From a virus, in the IMG/VR virus record IMGVR_UViG_3300044648_000427: a stretch of 64,000 nucleotides of DNA, one strand, 5' to 3'. The position numbers were made by a program, and so were the translations under genes. The stretch's first letter is position 1, and every line of letters starts with the position of its first letter. Shown here one piece after another: positions 25,443 through 35,644 of this stretch. Under the pieces are notes generated by a model. The model was not told where the DNA came from and did not search any database. It saw only the letters and a list, made by a program, of their open reading frames with translations.

Positions 25443-25657
25443 AAATTTCTCCATACGTAAAATGCATACCATACAAGCAAAAATGTGAAAATTCCATGTG
25501 TAATAATCAAAAATAGACCATTAGAATCATTTATAGTGGTAATTCCTGCAAAAAAAAGTACTCCAAGAATAAAGAAAATTATTGCTAATTGAATATTTCG
25601 TAATAAATGATTATTTACATCAGTTTTATCATCCCCTCCGAATTTATATTTTACCAT
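25439..25657 (-). CDS. two-TM membrane protein
   Basis: Two hydrophobic helices. Confidence 0.6.
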   Translation of the reverse strand: MVKYKFGGDDKTDVNNHLLRNIQLAIIFFILGVLFFAGITTINDSNGLFLIITHGIFTFLLVWYAFYVWRNF

Positions 25658-25660
25658 TTT

Positions 25661-27193
25661 CTACTCCAAGCTATTAATTTTCCTTTCCGTTCTAATCTCT
25701 GATTTAAGTCTTTCTAATTGGTATTCATTCATATCGGCAAATTTGATAAATTGTGAAAGAAATTTACTTCTATTTTTTACTTCTTTGAACATTTTTTGAC
25801 AAATAATTCTATACTCTGGATTACCCTGTGGTATGGTTCTTAATTCAATAATATGAGCAAGTTCACGGAAATTACAGAATATTTGATAACGATAATTGAA
25901 GGCAAAATTCAAGCAATATGGTGCTAATTGTGGTAATCTATTATAAATATGCTTATATATTTTGATGGAATTTTCCATCAGATCACAAAATTCAACATCT
26001 AAACCCAGTTTTTTAATTTCTGGAGGTATGTAAAATCCAATATGAGGATTAAATTCAGTCCTATGGAAGGTCAATAATCGATGTCTGTGTAAATCTCTAT
26101 AAACTGCATAACTTGAAACTATTTCGAACCTCCACATAGAGTTTTCAAATACTCTAGGTAAATTATGTCGTCTGTTCTGTCTGAGATTGGACATTATTTG
26201 AGATAAGAGTTTACGTCTTTGGTTAATACTAAGACTTAATAACCATGTTCGGATGGAATCAAATGAAAGACCCTTATCATTTACTTCATAAAAGATGTTG
26301 GTAAGAATATTAATTTCAGAAATAAGTTGGACATCACTTTCTAAACATTTTACATAATTTTCGTATATATCAGGCTGATTAATTTCTTTAATTTCTCCGA
26401 AATCTAAATGTCTTGTTAAATGAGATTTTCTTCTAGAATTATAATTTATCAGATAATTTTGATATGATTGACCATGAGGGGAATCTATACGTGAAAGGAG
26501 TGGCCCGATTGTAGAACTTAATTCCTTTTGTATTTTACTACCCAATCTTTTTACTTCAGGAATGTTCGAAGCTTTCATCTTCAAAATTAAATGCTCAAAA
26601 TAACGTCCGGTTCCGTTTATTGCAACATTAGTCAATATACTTGATGGTAAAATTCCTCTGACAATATCAAGAGTTTTAGCTTTAATGGTTGAATTATAAA
26701 CAGCTTTAGTATTTTTTACTCCTTCATAGTTTAAACTTTCTTCTGGAAACTGTTCACGTAAGTAGGAATCAACTTTTTCTGACATTTCATTATAAGTTTT
26801 TATAGAATTATTACAATGTTCAATATAAATATCAGTTAAATCCCCTAATTGTTCAGGAACGTAAAACTTATCAAAAGTTACGTATCTTGAAGATCGTTCG
26901 AGATATGAAGCACCTGTTCTAGAATCTTCTATGAATTGAGCTGCAATATTAGATATATCTTCAATTGCTATTTGAGTTGAACATAATTCCGCAATTGAAT
27001 CATCGCCAAAGTTTGCGAATACTTTTTTGTAAAACTCTTCTCCTCTATTTGGATTATTTTCGAATTCATCATGATAAATTTGTCTCATACTTTTAGTTGA
27101 ACGGGAGTATCTAGACATCAAAGCTCCACGGTCAACTTCATTTGGTATTTTTATTACAAAAACATTAGAATTTTCATTACTGAATGGTTCCAT
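25661..27193 (-). CDS. thyX: FAD-dependent thymidylate synthase (long two-domain type)
   Basis: SRYSR, FGDDSIAEL, YLERSSRY, RDLHRHR, NFRELAHIIELR. Confidence 0.9.
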   Translation of the reverse strand: MEPFSNENSNVFVIKIPNEVDRGALMSRYSRSTKSMRQIYHDEFENNPNRGEEFYKKVFANFGDDSIAELCSTQIAIEDISNIAAQFIEDSRTGASYLERSSRYVTFDKFYVPEQLGDLTDIYIEHCNNSIKTYNEMSEKVDSYLREQFPEESLNYEGVKNTKAVYNSTIKAKTLDIVRGILPSSILTNVAINGTGRYFEHLILKMKASNIPEVKRLGSKIQKELSSTIGPLLSRIDSPHGQSYQNYLINYNSRRKSHLTRHLDFGEIKEINQPDIYENYVKCLESDVQLISEINILTNIFYEVNDKGLSFDSIRTWLLSLSINQRRKLLSQIMSNLRQNRRHNLPRVFENSMWRFEIVSSYAVYRDLHRHRLLTFHRTEFNPHIGFYIPPEIKKLGLDVEFCDLMENSIKIYKHIYNRLPQLAPYCLNFAFNYRYQIFCNFRELAHIIELRTIPQGNPEYRIICQKMFKEVKNRSKFLSQFIKFADMNEYQLERLKSEIRTERKINSLE

Positions 27194-27980
27194 CTATATT
27201 ATTAATATGTTTCGTTGATATAAACTTTTGGTTTTCATGGGGGCATTTACCATAAATTCCTTTTGCCATATTACAATTACTACATAGTATTTGGTAGCCG
27301 TCAGGAAAATTATTTTGTTGTAACCAATTAAAAAAATGTTTTCTTTCAGACTTTAATTTCTTTCTATGTTCTCTTCCATGTCCATCAAGATGATCAATTT
27401 CTAAAAATTCTAATTCATTTTCACCACAACATTTACAAAATGGAATTGAACTTTTTGAATAGTATTTTGTTATTTTTATTTTATCCCTCTTATAATACTC
27501 CCTTTTTTGTATTTGTTTCTTTGTGAGTATTTCTGAAGTGACTTGTATCATTCTATGATGTATACAACATTGGTTTTTCCCTTTGGAACGGTTGCAGGAA
27601 TTACAAAGAATTTGATAACCTTCAGGAAACCCATTTTTAATTAAATAGAGGTAGATATACCCTTTAAAAGTTTTTCTATGTTCTGCTCCATTACCATTTA
27701 TATGATCTATACATAGGAATTCTTTTTGAGTTATTTTACAACAATTGCATCGTGGATATAAAGTATCACTATAATAAAGTAATACTAAATCTCTTATATT
27801 CTTTCTATATTCCCTCTTATGCTTATTTATTTCTTCCTTGTGGTTATTATGATAACCTTTTTTTTGTAATAAAACCATTTCTTTATTATTTTTATAATAT
27901 TCTTTATTATGATTATAAAAATATTCTTTATGATTATTATAATATTTCTTATTATAATTGGGATCTTTTGTAACCAACAA
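27177..27980 (-). CDS. HNH endonuclease with two tandem HNH domains
   Basis: IDHINGNGAEHR...GYQILCNSCN and IDHLDGHGREHR...GYQILCSNCN. Confidence 0.8.
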   Translation of the reverse strand: MLVTKDPNYNKKYYNNHKEYFYNHNKEYYKNNKEMVLLQKKGYHNNHKEEINKHKREYRKNIRDLVLLYYSDTLYPRCNCCKITQKEFLCIDHINGNGAEHRKTFKGYIYLYLIKNGFPEGYQILCNSCNRSKGKNQCCIHHRMIQVTSEILTKKQIQKREYYKRDKIKITKYYSKSSIPFCKCCGENELEFLEIDHLDGHGREHRKKLKSERKHFFNWLQQNNFPDGYQILCSNCNMAKGIYGKCPHENQKFISTKHINNIDGTIQ

Positions 27981-28030
27981 TATTTGGAAAAATTCGAAAC
28001 ATATATATTTTACTATAAGTATAAATTCTT

Positions 28031-28693
28031 GTGAAAAGACATAACTCGTTTATTGTGATCATTGAGGGAATTGATGGTGCAGGTAAACAAACTTTAAGTG
28101 TTGCACTGAAGAATCATATTGAATCAAATATGCCTGCATTTTATATTAATACTGGTGGAGTAAATGGAGTAAATTTATGTGTGGAAGAAGTAGAATTATA
28201 TAATTTTCCTGATTATAATAGTTTAACTGGTAAATTATTAAAAAAAATGTTAAATGAGCCTAATCCCGATATAGAAACAGTAGCAACACTTTTTGCATTA
28301 GATAGAAAACTTACAGATACAGGTAATGATCACGAATTGACACTTAAAATCTTTAATCGTTACTACCCCTCAAACCTCGTTTACCATAAGAATCTAGGGT
28401 TAAAGAACTTAATTGAATTAGAAAGAGATTCATATATTGGTGATGTGGTATTTATCTTGGATATAAGTCCAGATGAATCGTTTAGACGTAGACCTGAACG
28501 TAGAGATAATTATGAATATGATAGAGATGGATTGATGGATATAAGAGATCGTTACCTTGATTTCGCTAAAAAGTTTGGTTGGGTTGTACTTGATGGATCT
28601 AAATCAACTACAGAGTTAGTAGAAGATATAGTAGTTCATTGTTTCTATAGAATGAATAAAGGTTTAGTCAATGTTCATCATGAATCAGAATGA
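28031..28693 (+). CDS. tmk: thymidylate kinase
   Basis: IEGIDGAGKQT P-loop, FPDY..TG, ALDR, RYYPSN. Confidence 0.85.
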   Translation: MKRHNSFIVIIEGIDGAGKQTLSVALKNHIESNMPAFYINTGGVNGVNLCVEEVELYNFPDYNSLTGKLLKKMLNEPNPDIETVATLFALDRKLTDTGNDHELTLKIFNRYYPSNLVYHKNLGLKNLIELERDSYIGDVVFILDISPDESFRRRPERRDNYEYDRDGLMDIRDRYLDFAKKFGWVVLDGSKSTTELVEDIVVHCFYRMNKGLVNVHHESE

Positions 28694-28983
28694 TTAACTT
28701 CTGTCTCACTTAGTATTTGATAATTCTGATTACCTAACTCAGGCCATTCATTATTTTTCCCTTTCTTCTCCTGATAAAACATAATTTTTGTCTGACCCTG
28801 ATTATCAAGTTCTGTATCTACACCTAATTTTGGTTTACATGCAGGGCCGGAATATTTATATAGTGAACCACACTGAGGGCACTTATAAAGGCTGTTTGCA
28901 TTATCATAAAGGAAAAGTTTAACTGAAACACACATCCTACAGTGGAATTCGCTACCTTTGGAATCACTAATAATATTAATCAT
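28678..28983 (-). CDS. Zn-ribbon protein
   Basis: CRMC...YKCPQCG; start uncertain. Confidence 0.5.
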   Translation of the reverse strand: MINIISDSKGSEFHCRMCVSVKLFLYDNANSLYKCPQCGSLYKYSGPACKPKLGVDTELDNQGQTKIMFYQEKKGKNNEWPELGNQNYQILSETEVNHSDS

Positions 28984-29082
28984 AAGAAAAATTATATTCT
29001 TTCACTTATATCAAGTAAGGAAACATTTATAAATAACGGATCTGAATTGTCTTTGTTGATTACTGTACTATTTAAGGATTCG

Positions 29083-29382
29083 ATGTATATTATCAAGAAG
29101 GATGAAGAGACATTAGCTTTCTATAACAATGTTTTTGACGCAATTTCCGCTGCGTCCGTAGAGGCGAATGGTGAGGGTTTTACCGTTAACTGTAATATTC
29201 CAAACTCCAGTTCTTCGAAAACATTTTATACATGTCCGAAATGTGATTTCCCAGTGAAAGTTACAGGAACACTTCCTACTCACGATTATGAAGAATTTAG
29301 CAAAGATTTATATGCCAAGTGTGCTTATTGCAATGAAAATTTTGTAATAATTTGGATGAGAAACAGGCACTTACCTGAATGA
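29083..29382 (+). CDS. Zn-ribbon protein
   Basis: CPKC...CAYC; start moved to ATG 29083. Confidence 0.55.
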   Translation: MYIIKKDEETLAFYNNVFDAISAASVEANGEGFTVNCNIPNSSSSKTFYTCPKCDFPVKVTGTLPTHDYEEFSKDLYAKCAYCNENFVIIWMRNRHLPE

Positions 29383-29906
29383 AAGCAAAGTTTGCCGATA
29401 ATTTATGGTCATCAAATGATCAAGGATGGAATACTCCTAAATGGTTATACGATAAGTTAAACAATTATTACCATTTTGAAACCGATCCAGCTACTACAAA
29501 AGATAATCCGTTAGGATGTAATACCTTTTTTACACCTGAAACAAATGGATTAGATTTCAGTAAGTGGAAAGGTACAGTTTATATAAATCCCCCTTACGCT
29601 AGAAAAGTTCAACCATTATGGGTGTATGAAGCTCAGAAATATAATCAAACAAATGGTGAAACTGTAATAATGTTATTACCAGCAAGAACCGATACTCGTT
29701 TATGGCAAAATTTTATATTTCCAAAGGCCGATTTTATATGTTTTATTAAGGGAAGATTAAAATTTAGTGGGCATAAGAATGCTGCTCCATTTCCTTCGGC
29801 TCTAATAGCTTTTTATAAACAACCTTGGCAACTTTATACTACGTGTGGAGAAGAAGAGTTATATAATGATCTAGGTAGGATGGTAATCTGTAACAATTGT
29901 TCCTAA
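29379..29906 (+). CDS. phage-type DNA N6-adenine methyltransferase
   Basis: WNTPKWL, TDPA, VYINPPY, LLPARTDT, FIKGRLKF. Confidence 0.85.
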   Translation: MKAKFADNLWSSNDQGWNTPKWLYDKLNNYYHFETDPATTKDNPLGCNTFFTPETNGLDFSKWKGTVYINPPYARKVQPLWVYEAQKYNQTNGETVIMLLPARTDTRLWQNFIFPKADFICFIKGRLKFSGHKNAAPFPSALIAFYKQPWQLYTTCGEEELYNDLGRMVICNNCS

Positions 29907-29941
29907 AAAAGTTTATATATAGAATTAGATAAAATAGTTAA

Positions 29942-32900
29942 GTGAGGCTTTTTTTAGTATCTGCAACATATAATAACAAGCGTTTTTGTGTTGATTTAAT
30001 CTTTTATAATCCTGAAACTGAAAAACTTGTAACTATTTCTGATTTTACTGGTCATAAACCATATTGTTTAACAAGAGAAGAATTTCAACCAACATTAGAT
30101 GAGATTACAGCAACAGAACACAAGTATACCATTTCATCCGTAGAACGTTATGACTCAATTGCCGATATGGACGTTAATATGCTTAAAATTCAAGCTCCAG
30201 ATCCTTTATCTATAGGTGGAAATTCCGAAAGTATTAGAAATAGGATTGTCACTTGGGAAAGTGATATACGATATTATGATAGATACTTGTACGATAATGA
30301 ATTAATTTGCGGGCTTTGGTATGACGTTGATGATGGTAATATTTCTCCATATAAAGATGATTCAATTGATTTCTCAGAAGTAGAATCAAGATTAGAGTTT
30401 GGGAAGAATAAACAATATGATGAATTCGTAAAAAATTGGGTACAAATACTTAATCAATCTATCCCTGATATTAAACGTTTGTCTGTTGATATTGAAGTTG
30501 AATATGATGGAGATAAAATTCCTACAGTAAATATTCCAAACAAAAGGATTACAGCGATAGGATTTTGTTCCAATGATGGCTTTAAGAGAGTAAATGTATT
30601 AAATCCTAAAGGTGATTTACCTAATACCGATACTACATTCTATTATACAAGTGAATATAAGATGCTTGTTGAATCAATGGATTTACTTTCTACTTATCCA
30701 TTTATAATTACTTTTAACGGTGATGCTTTTGACCTTCCTTATTTATACGCTCGATGTTCTAAACTTAATATTCATTATACGAAAATTCCGCTAACCCTCA
30801 AGACTACCAGAATTGCTGATGGAGCTTATGTAGATCCAGTATACATAAAGAATGCAATTCATATTGATCTTTACAGGTTTTTCAAGAATCCATCCATACA
30901 GAATTATGCTTTCAGTCATAAATACAGTGAATTTGGATTGGATGCAATAGCTAAAGGGCTAATAAATGAGGCTAAAATAACCCATCAAGGTTCATTAAAC
31001 ACTTTAACTCCTGATAAATTAGCAGAATATTGCTTGAATGACGCTGAAATTACAATGAAATTGACTACTTTTAATGATAATTTATTCATGAAACTTGTTA
31101 CAATGATTTGTAGAATCTCAAAAATGCCTTATGATGACTGTACTAGATATGGGGCTAATCAATGGGGCAAAGGTATGATATTCTCCGAGATGGTGAAACG
31201 AAACATTCTTATTCCCCGTCTAGACGAATTGCTAATTAAGGGAACAACTGCTTCAAAAGATGCTACAATTAAAGATAAAAAGTATGCTGGAGCATTTGTA
31301 TTTACTCCAACAAAAGGAGTTTATTTTGATGTTAAGAATGTGGATTTTGCTTCACTTTATCCATCAATAATTAAGACAAATAATATTAGTTTCGAGACAA
31401 TTAATTGTCCTCATCAAAATTGTATGAAGAATTCTATTCCTGAAACACGTTCTTGGAGGTGTCAGAAAAGAGATGGAATAATTTCTCAAGTAATAGGTTC
31501 ATTAAGAGATTTGAGAATCAATTATTATAAATTTATGTCAAAGAAAGGGGGATTAACTGAAGATCAACGTCAATTTTATGATATAATTAGTCAAACACTT
31601 AAAGTTATTATGAATGCTTCCTATGGAATACTTGGATTTGAGTCATTCCCACTCTATTGTTTACCTGTTGCTGAATCTGTTACAGCTTATGGTCGTGATG
31701 TGATTCATAAAACAATTGATAAATCTAGAAGTATAGGATTAAGTGTAGTATATGGTGATAGTGTACTACCAGATACACCTATCATAATAAAAGATAAGAA
31801 TGATAATATTCAAATAATTCCAATAGAGTCATTAGTACCTAATTCTTATGGAAGTTGTCGTTACAAATGGATGAATAAGATAAAGATTTTAACTGATAAT
31901 GGATTTCAGAATATTTTATATACATATAAACATATTGTAAAGAAAAAATGTTATAAGATATTAACTCGAAAGAGTTATATTGAATGTACTGAAGATCATA
32001 GTCTAATTATTGATGGGAAAGAGGTTAAACCATCTTCCTTAAGTGTTGGGGATACAATAGAATTTATTGATTATTCTAATTCAAATAACAAGGAATTTAA
32101 TAATGAATTAGCATGGTTATTTGGATTTTTTATAGCAGAAGGTACTACTGGTAGATATAGTTGTCCTTCGGGGTTGAAAACAACATGGAGGATAGTAAAT
32201 CAAGATATAAATATACTTAAACGTTGTCAGTATATCTTACGTAAAGAACTTGGAATAGATACAGTTATTAGAGATCATATAAAAAGTAGTGGTGTTTATG
32301 CTTTAGATCCTGTTGGGTCAGCAATTTTTGTACATAATTTTTTTAAAAAATATTGTTATTCGAATAATGAAAAAATAGTTCCATCAATAATACTGAATTC
32401 TAATACTAACACAAAAATGGCATTCCTAGAAGGAATTTTATCAGGAGATGGGTGGGATGATGGAATTTATAGGGGGTTGGATCAAATTCATAAATCGGTT
32501 TTTTCTGGTGTTATAAATATTCTATACGAACTTGGATATGATTATACAATAAATATTAGATCTGATAAACCCAATGTATTAAGAGTAAGAATAATAAAAG
32601 ATAAAAATGATAAAAGAATAAAAAATCCTAATCAAATACTTAAATTAGAATCATTTGAATATGAAGGATATGTTTATGATGTTTCTACGGAAAATAGTCA
32701 TTTCTGTGGAGGAGTAGGAAATGTTATTCTTCATAATACAGATTCTATGTATGTTCATAAAGCCGATCCAGATAAACTTAATCAAGTCATGATTTGGACA
32801 AAAGAAACCTTTGGGATTGATTTAGAACTTGACAAGTCTTATCGATATTTAGTTCTTACTGAATTAAAGAAAAACTATCTTGGAATTACGGATAAGGGTA

Positions 32901-33490
32901 AAGCCGACATAAAGGGTCTTACAGGAAAGAAATCTCATACACCTGTATTTATTAGGGAGCTGTTTTTTCAGGTTTTAGACATTCTGTGTAATATTCAAAC
33001 AGAAAAAGATGTACCTAAAGCACGAGAAACTATGTCTGAACTTATACGGAATCGTGTAAATGATCTAAAAGAAAATGCTATTCCATTCAATAAACTCGCA
33101 TATAATGTTGTAGTTAATAAAAATCCTGATTCATATGGAAAGAAGATTTCAAGTAACAAAGTTAAGAACTTGTTTGGTGAAGAAGAAACTATAGATGAAT
33201 ACAAGTCTTTACCGCAACACATAAAAGCTGCAAAAATGCTTCCAAATATTGAGGCAGGTAGCGTGATTTCCATAATCAAAACAAGGGATGAAGATGGTGT
33301 CAAACCCAAACAATTAATAAAGAGTATAGACGAAGTTGATAAAGATAAATATATTGATCTTATGGCTAATACCTTTAGCCAAATATTAGATAGCTTTAAA
33401 CTTGATTTCAAAACAATTATAAATAACAGTAAACAATTAACTATGGATGATATAGCAAATCTTGTTGTATTAAAAGAGGAAGAGAAATGA
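29942..33490 (+). CDS. polB: family B DNA polymerase (archaeal B1 type) with intein
   Basis: LVSATY/GHKPYC N-terminus, exonuclease DIEVE and TFNGDAFDLPYL, DFASLYPS, KVIMNASYG, YGD|TDS. Confidence 0.95.
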   Translation: MRLFLVSATYNNKRFCVDLIFYNPETEKLVTISDFTGHKPYCLTREEFQPTLDEITATEHKYTISSVERYDSIADMDVNMLKIQAPDPLSIGGNSESIRNRIVTWESDIRYYDRYLYDNELICGLWYDVDDGNISPYKDDSIDFSEVESRLEFGKNKQYDEFVKNWVQILNQSIPDIKRLSVDIEVEYDGDKIPTVNIPNKRITAIGFCSNDGFKRVNVLNPKGDLPNTDTTFYYTSEYKMLVESMDLLSTYPFIITFNGDAFDLPYLYARCSKLNIHYTKIPLTLKTTRIADGAYVDPVYIKNAIHIDLYRFFKNPSIQNYAFSHKYSEFGLDAIAKGLINEAKITHQGSLNTLTPDKLAEYCLNDAEITMKLTTFNDNLFMKLVTMICRISKMPYDDCTRYGANQWGKGMIFSEMVKRNILIPRLDELLIKGTTASKDATIKDKKYAGAFVFTPTKGVYFDVKNVDFASLYPSIIKTNNISFETINCPHQNCMKNSIPETRSWRCQKRDGIISQVIGSLRDLRINYYKFMSKKGGLTEDQRQFYDIISQTLKVIMNASYGILGFESFPLYCLPVAESVTAYGRDVIHKTIDKSRSIGLSVVYGDSVLPDTPIIIKDKNDNIQIIPIESLVPNSYGSCRYKWMNKIKILTDNGFQNILYTYKHIVKKKCYKILTRKSYIECTEDHSLIIDGKEVKPSSLSVGDTIEFIDYSNSNNKEFNNELAWLFGFFIAEGTTGRYSCPSGLKTTWRIVNQDINILKRCQYILRKELGIDTVIRDHIKSSGVYALDPVGSAIFVHNFFKKYCYSNNEKIVPSIILNSNTNTKMAFLEGILSGDGWDDGIYRGLDQIHKSVFSGVINILYELGYDYTINIRSDKPNVLRVRIIKDKNDKRIKNPNQILKLESFEYEGYVYDVSTENSHFCGGVGNVILHNTDSMYVHKADPDKLNQVMIWTKETFGIDLELDKSYRYLVLTELKKNYLGITDKGKADIKGLTGKKSHTPVFIRELFFQVLDILCNIQTEKDVPKARETMSELIRNRVNDLKENAIPFNKLAYNVVVNKNPDSYGKKISSNKVKNLFGEEETIDEYKSLPQHIKAAKMLPNIEAGSVISIIKTRDEDGVKPKQLIKSIDEVDKDKYIDLMANTFSQILDSFKLDFKTIINNSKQLTMDDIANLVVLKEEEK
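31760..32737 (+). mobile_element. intein with LAGLIDADG endonuclease in the PolB YGDTDS motif (326 aa)
   Basis: Starts SVLPDTPI, ends HN before T; blocks LFGFFIAEG and FLEGILSGDG. Confidence 0.9.
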
Positions 33491-33828
33491 TTACATTAGA
33501 ATACCATGAGGAAACTGAAGATAGTAAATATCCAGAACCAAAATATAAATGCAAGAACATGTTTGTTTATGATTTAGAGCAGAATGATTTTAGAGTTGAA
33601 GTAGGTGGAGAGAGAATAGATATAGAGTTTACTGGAGCAGAAATAAGGAAAGAATATGGAGATAAAATAACAAAGATTAAAATAACAAGGGATTATGATG
33701 GGATTACTATTGAACATCTTGACGCTAAAGGAATAGTTTATTGTAAAACAGTGGTACGTGAATATGCTTTTGATTATTTTGAAATTAGAAGTATGACAAG
33801 ATTGATTAAGACTACGCCTAAATCTTAG
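33487..33828 (+). CDS. hypothetical protein
   Basis: ORF track; ATGA overlap with polB. Confidence 0.55.
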   Translation: MITLEYHEETEDSKYPEPKYKCKNMFVYDLEQNDFRVEVGGERIDIEFTGAEIRKEYGDKITKIKITRDYDGITIEHLDAKGIVYCKTVVREYAFDYFEIRSMTRLIKTTPKS

Positions 33829-33860
33829 TTCGTATATATTACTTTTGCATTTGTTCTTTA

Positions 33861-35465
33861 ATGCGAAAGCCTACTCCGAAGTTTACTCGTCATACTTCTA
33901 ATGATGAAGTAGCTATTTATGCTCAAAAACTTGACTTATTTGATTATGATAAAATTTATGAAATGCGAATGGCCGTTCAAGCCAAAGTTCCCGTTCAACC
34001 GGATGAAGATAATAATGTAATTATGACTAATCCCTATAAACCGGGACAATTAATTAGTTATGAACATGGTTGGAGATTTGATCCAATCGTTAGATTAGCA
34101 ATTAATAAAAAGGTTGATTTCATTATTGGTGAAAGACCAGTAACTGTTCTTGATACAATTAAAGAATTCACTGGAGATCCTGAAGCAGCTAATCAGGCTT
34201 TCAATAATATTGTTGGTAATAATCAATACCAAGAGATGAAAAGTTGGATTGATAATCTTAATACTAAATTAAAATGGCATGAAAAGTTTAAATCTGCTAC
34301 TGTTAACATGAAAACCTATGGACGTTCTGCTTTACATGTAGAAAAACTTTTAGATATTGAACCTATAGACCTTAAATTACTTAACTCACAGAAATTAGGT
34401 GATGTATATGTTAAGAATGATACTTGGAAATTAAGTGCAGTAAGATATAATAATTCCAAAGGAAAACCCTCTGAAAATGATGATTTACTAGAAGCTAATG
34501 AATTAATTTATTTCCCTAATTTAAATCACAATGTTACTCCTGATACATATTGGTATGGTTATAGTGAAATTGAACCTATAGTCCATGTTTCAGAGCTTAA
34601 TCGTATAATGGATATGACAGATTTCAAAGAGATTAACGCTAAAATGTGGGGAGGATATGGGATTATCAAGTTCTTAGAAGCTAAAGATGAAGTTTCTATG
34701 GCACAATGGTTAAGTAAATTCAAACCGGGAACTTGGATGGCAACCGATTCTAACGTTGAAGTTGCAGTTCATGAACTGAAAAACTCTATGAAAGAGTTAA
34801 TCGAGCAACGTGAGAGTAATGACTTGAGAATCTTAAGAGCAATAGGAATTCCTTCATTCTTAGGTGGATATGAGAAGATTACCAATAGGGCAACTGTCCG
34901 CAGTATACTTGAAGCATGGAAAGTAAGCACTCTAATTCCTGAACGTACAATGCTTAAGAATATCGTTGAACCACAATGGTATGATACATTAGTAGCTCAC
35001 TATCTGGGAGAAAGAAATATAACATCCATTATGGTTAAAGTTAAACAAGAATTTAAAGATATTGTTTTCGAAAATGTAAAAGACTTGGTAGAAAGTTATC
35101 TGCCCTTATTTGAACAGGGAATGATTAATGCATATCAGTTCCTCAGATTGCTTGACCTTGAATATTTAGCTGATGAAACAAAAGCTCTTCAAAACAAAAT
35201 GTTACAACAAACAGAACAACTTAAACAAGAGTTATCAATGAGAATAGATCAAAACTTGGGAAGAGTTCCCGGTTCAAGAACAGATATGGAACAAAGCATA
35301 ATGCAGAAAGTAATTAAGGATAATTTACTTGAAGATATAGAAGCAAAAATGCAAGAAATGGTTACAGCAGCAGTAGATGACTTTGCACGAAATGCAGCAT
35401 TAAAGAAAATAGCAAAAGATAAATTAGATTGGGCTGTAAGTGACGAAGAATTAGGATTACGTTAA
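33861..35465 (+). CDS. portal protein
   Basis: 534 aa; DPIVRLAINKK, MKTYGRS, YGYSEIEP, ILRAIGIP, EKITNRAT portal-like motifs. Confidence 0.75.
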   Translation: MRKPTPKFTRHTSNDEVAIYAQKLDLFDYDKIYEMRMAVQAKVPVQPDEDNNVIMTNPYKPGQLISYEHGWRFDPIVRLAINKKVDFIIGERPVTVLDTIKEFTGDPEAANQAFNNIVGNNQYQEMKSWIDNLNTKLKWHEKFKSATVNMKTYGRSALHVEKLLDIEPIDLKLLNSQKLGDVYVKNDTWKLSAVRYNNSKGKPSENDDLLEANELIYFPNLNHNVTPDTYWYGYSEIEPIVHVSELNRIMDMTDFKEINAKMWGGYGIIKFLEAKDEVSMAQWLSKFKPGTWMATDSNVEVAVHELKNSMKELIEQRESNDLRILRAIGIPSFLGGYEKITNRATVRSILEAWKVSTLIPERTMLKNIVEPQWYDTLVAHYLGERNITSIMVKVKQEFKDIVFENVKDLVESYLPLFEQGMINAYQFLRLLDLEYLADETKALQNKMLQQTEQLKQELSMRIDQNLGRVPGSRTDMEQSIMQKVIKDNLLEDIEAKMQEMVTAAVDDFARNAALKKIAKDKLDWAVSDEELGLR

Positions 35466-35644
35466 ACTTTTAACTCGTATAATTCTTCAATTCTTAATGC
35501 ACAAGTTCTACACATTCTATGGGTTTGTGCGAATATATAACCAACTCCTCCTACAGTTTCTTCTTGTATAATAAGCTTTGTATTAAAAATATTTCCACTA
35601 ATCTTACTATTACATTTGTAGCATCTAGATAAAGGCTTTTCCAT
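35462..35644 (-). CDS. C4 micro-protein
   Basis: CYKC...CRTC. Confidence 0.55.
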   Translation of the reverse strand: MEKPLSRCYKCNSKISGNIFNTKLIIQEETVGGVGYIFAQTHRMCRTCALRIEELYELKV

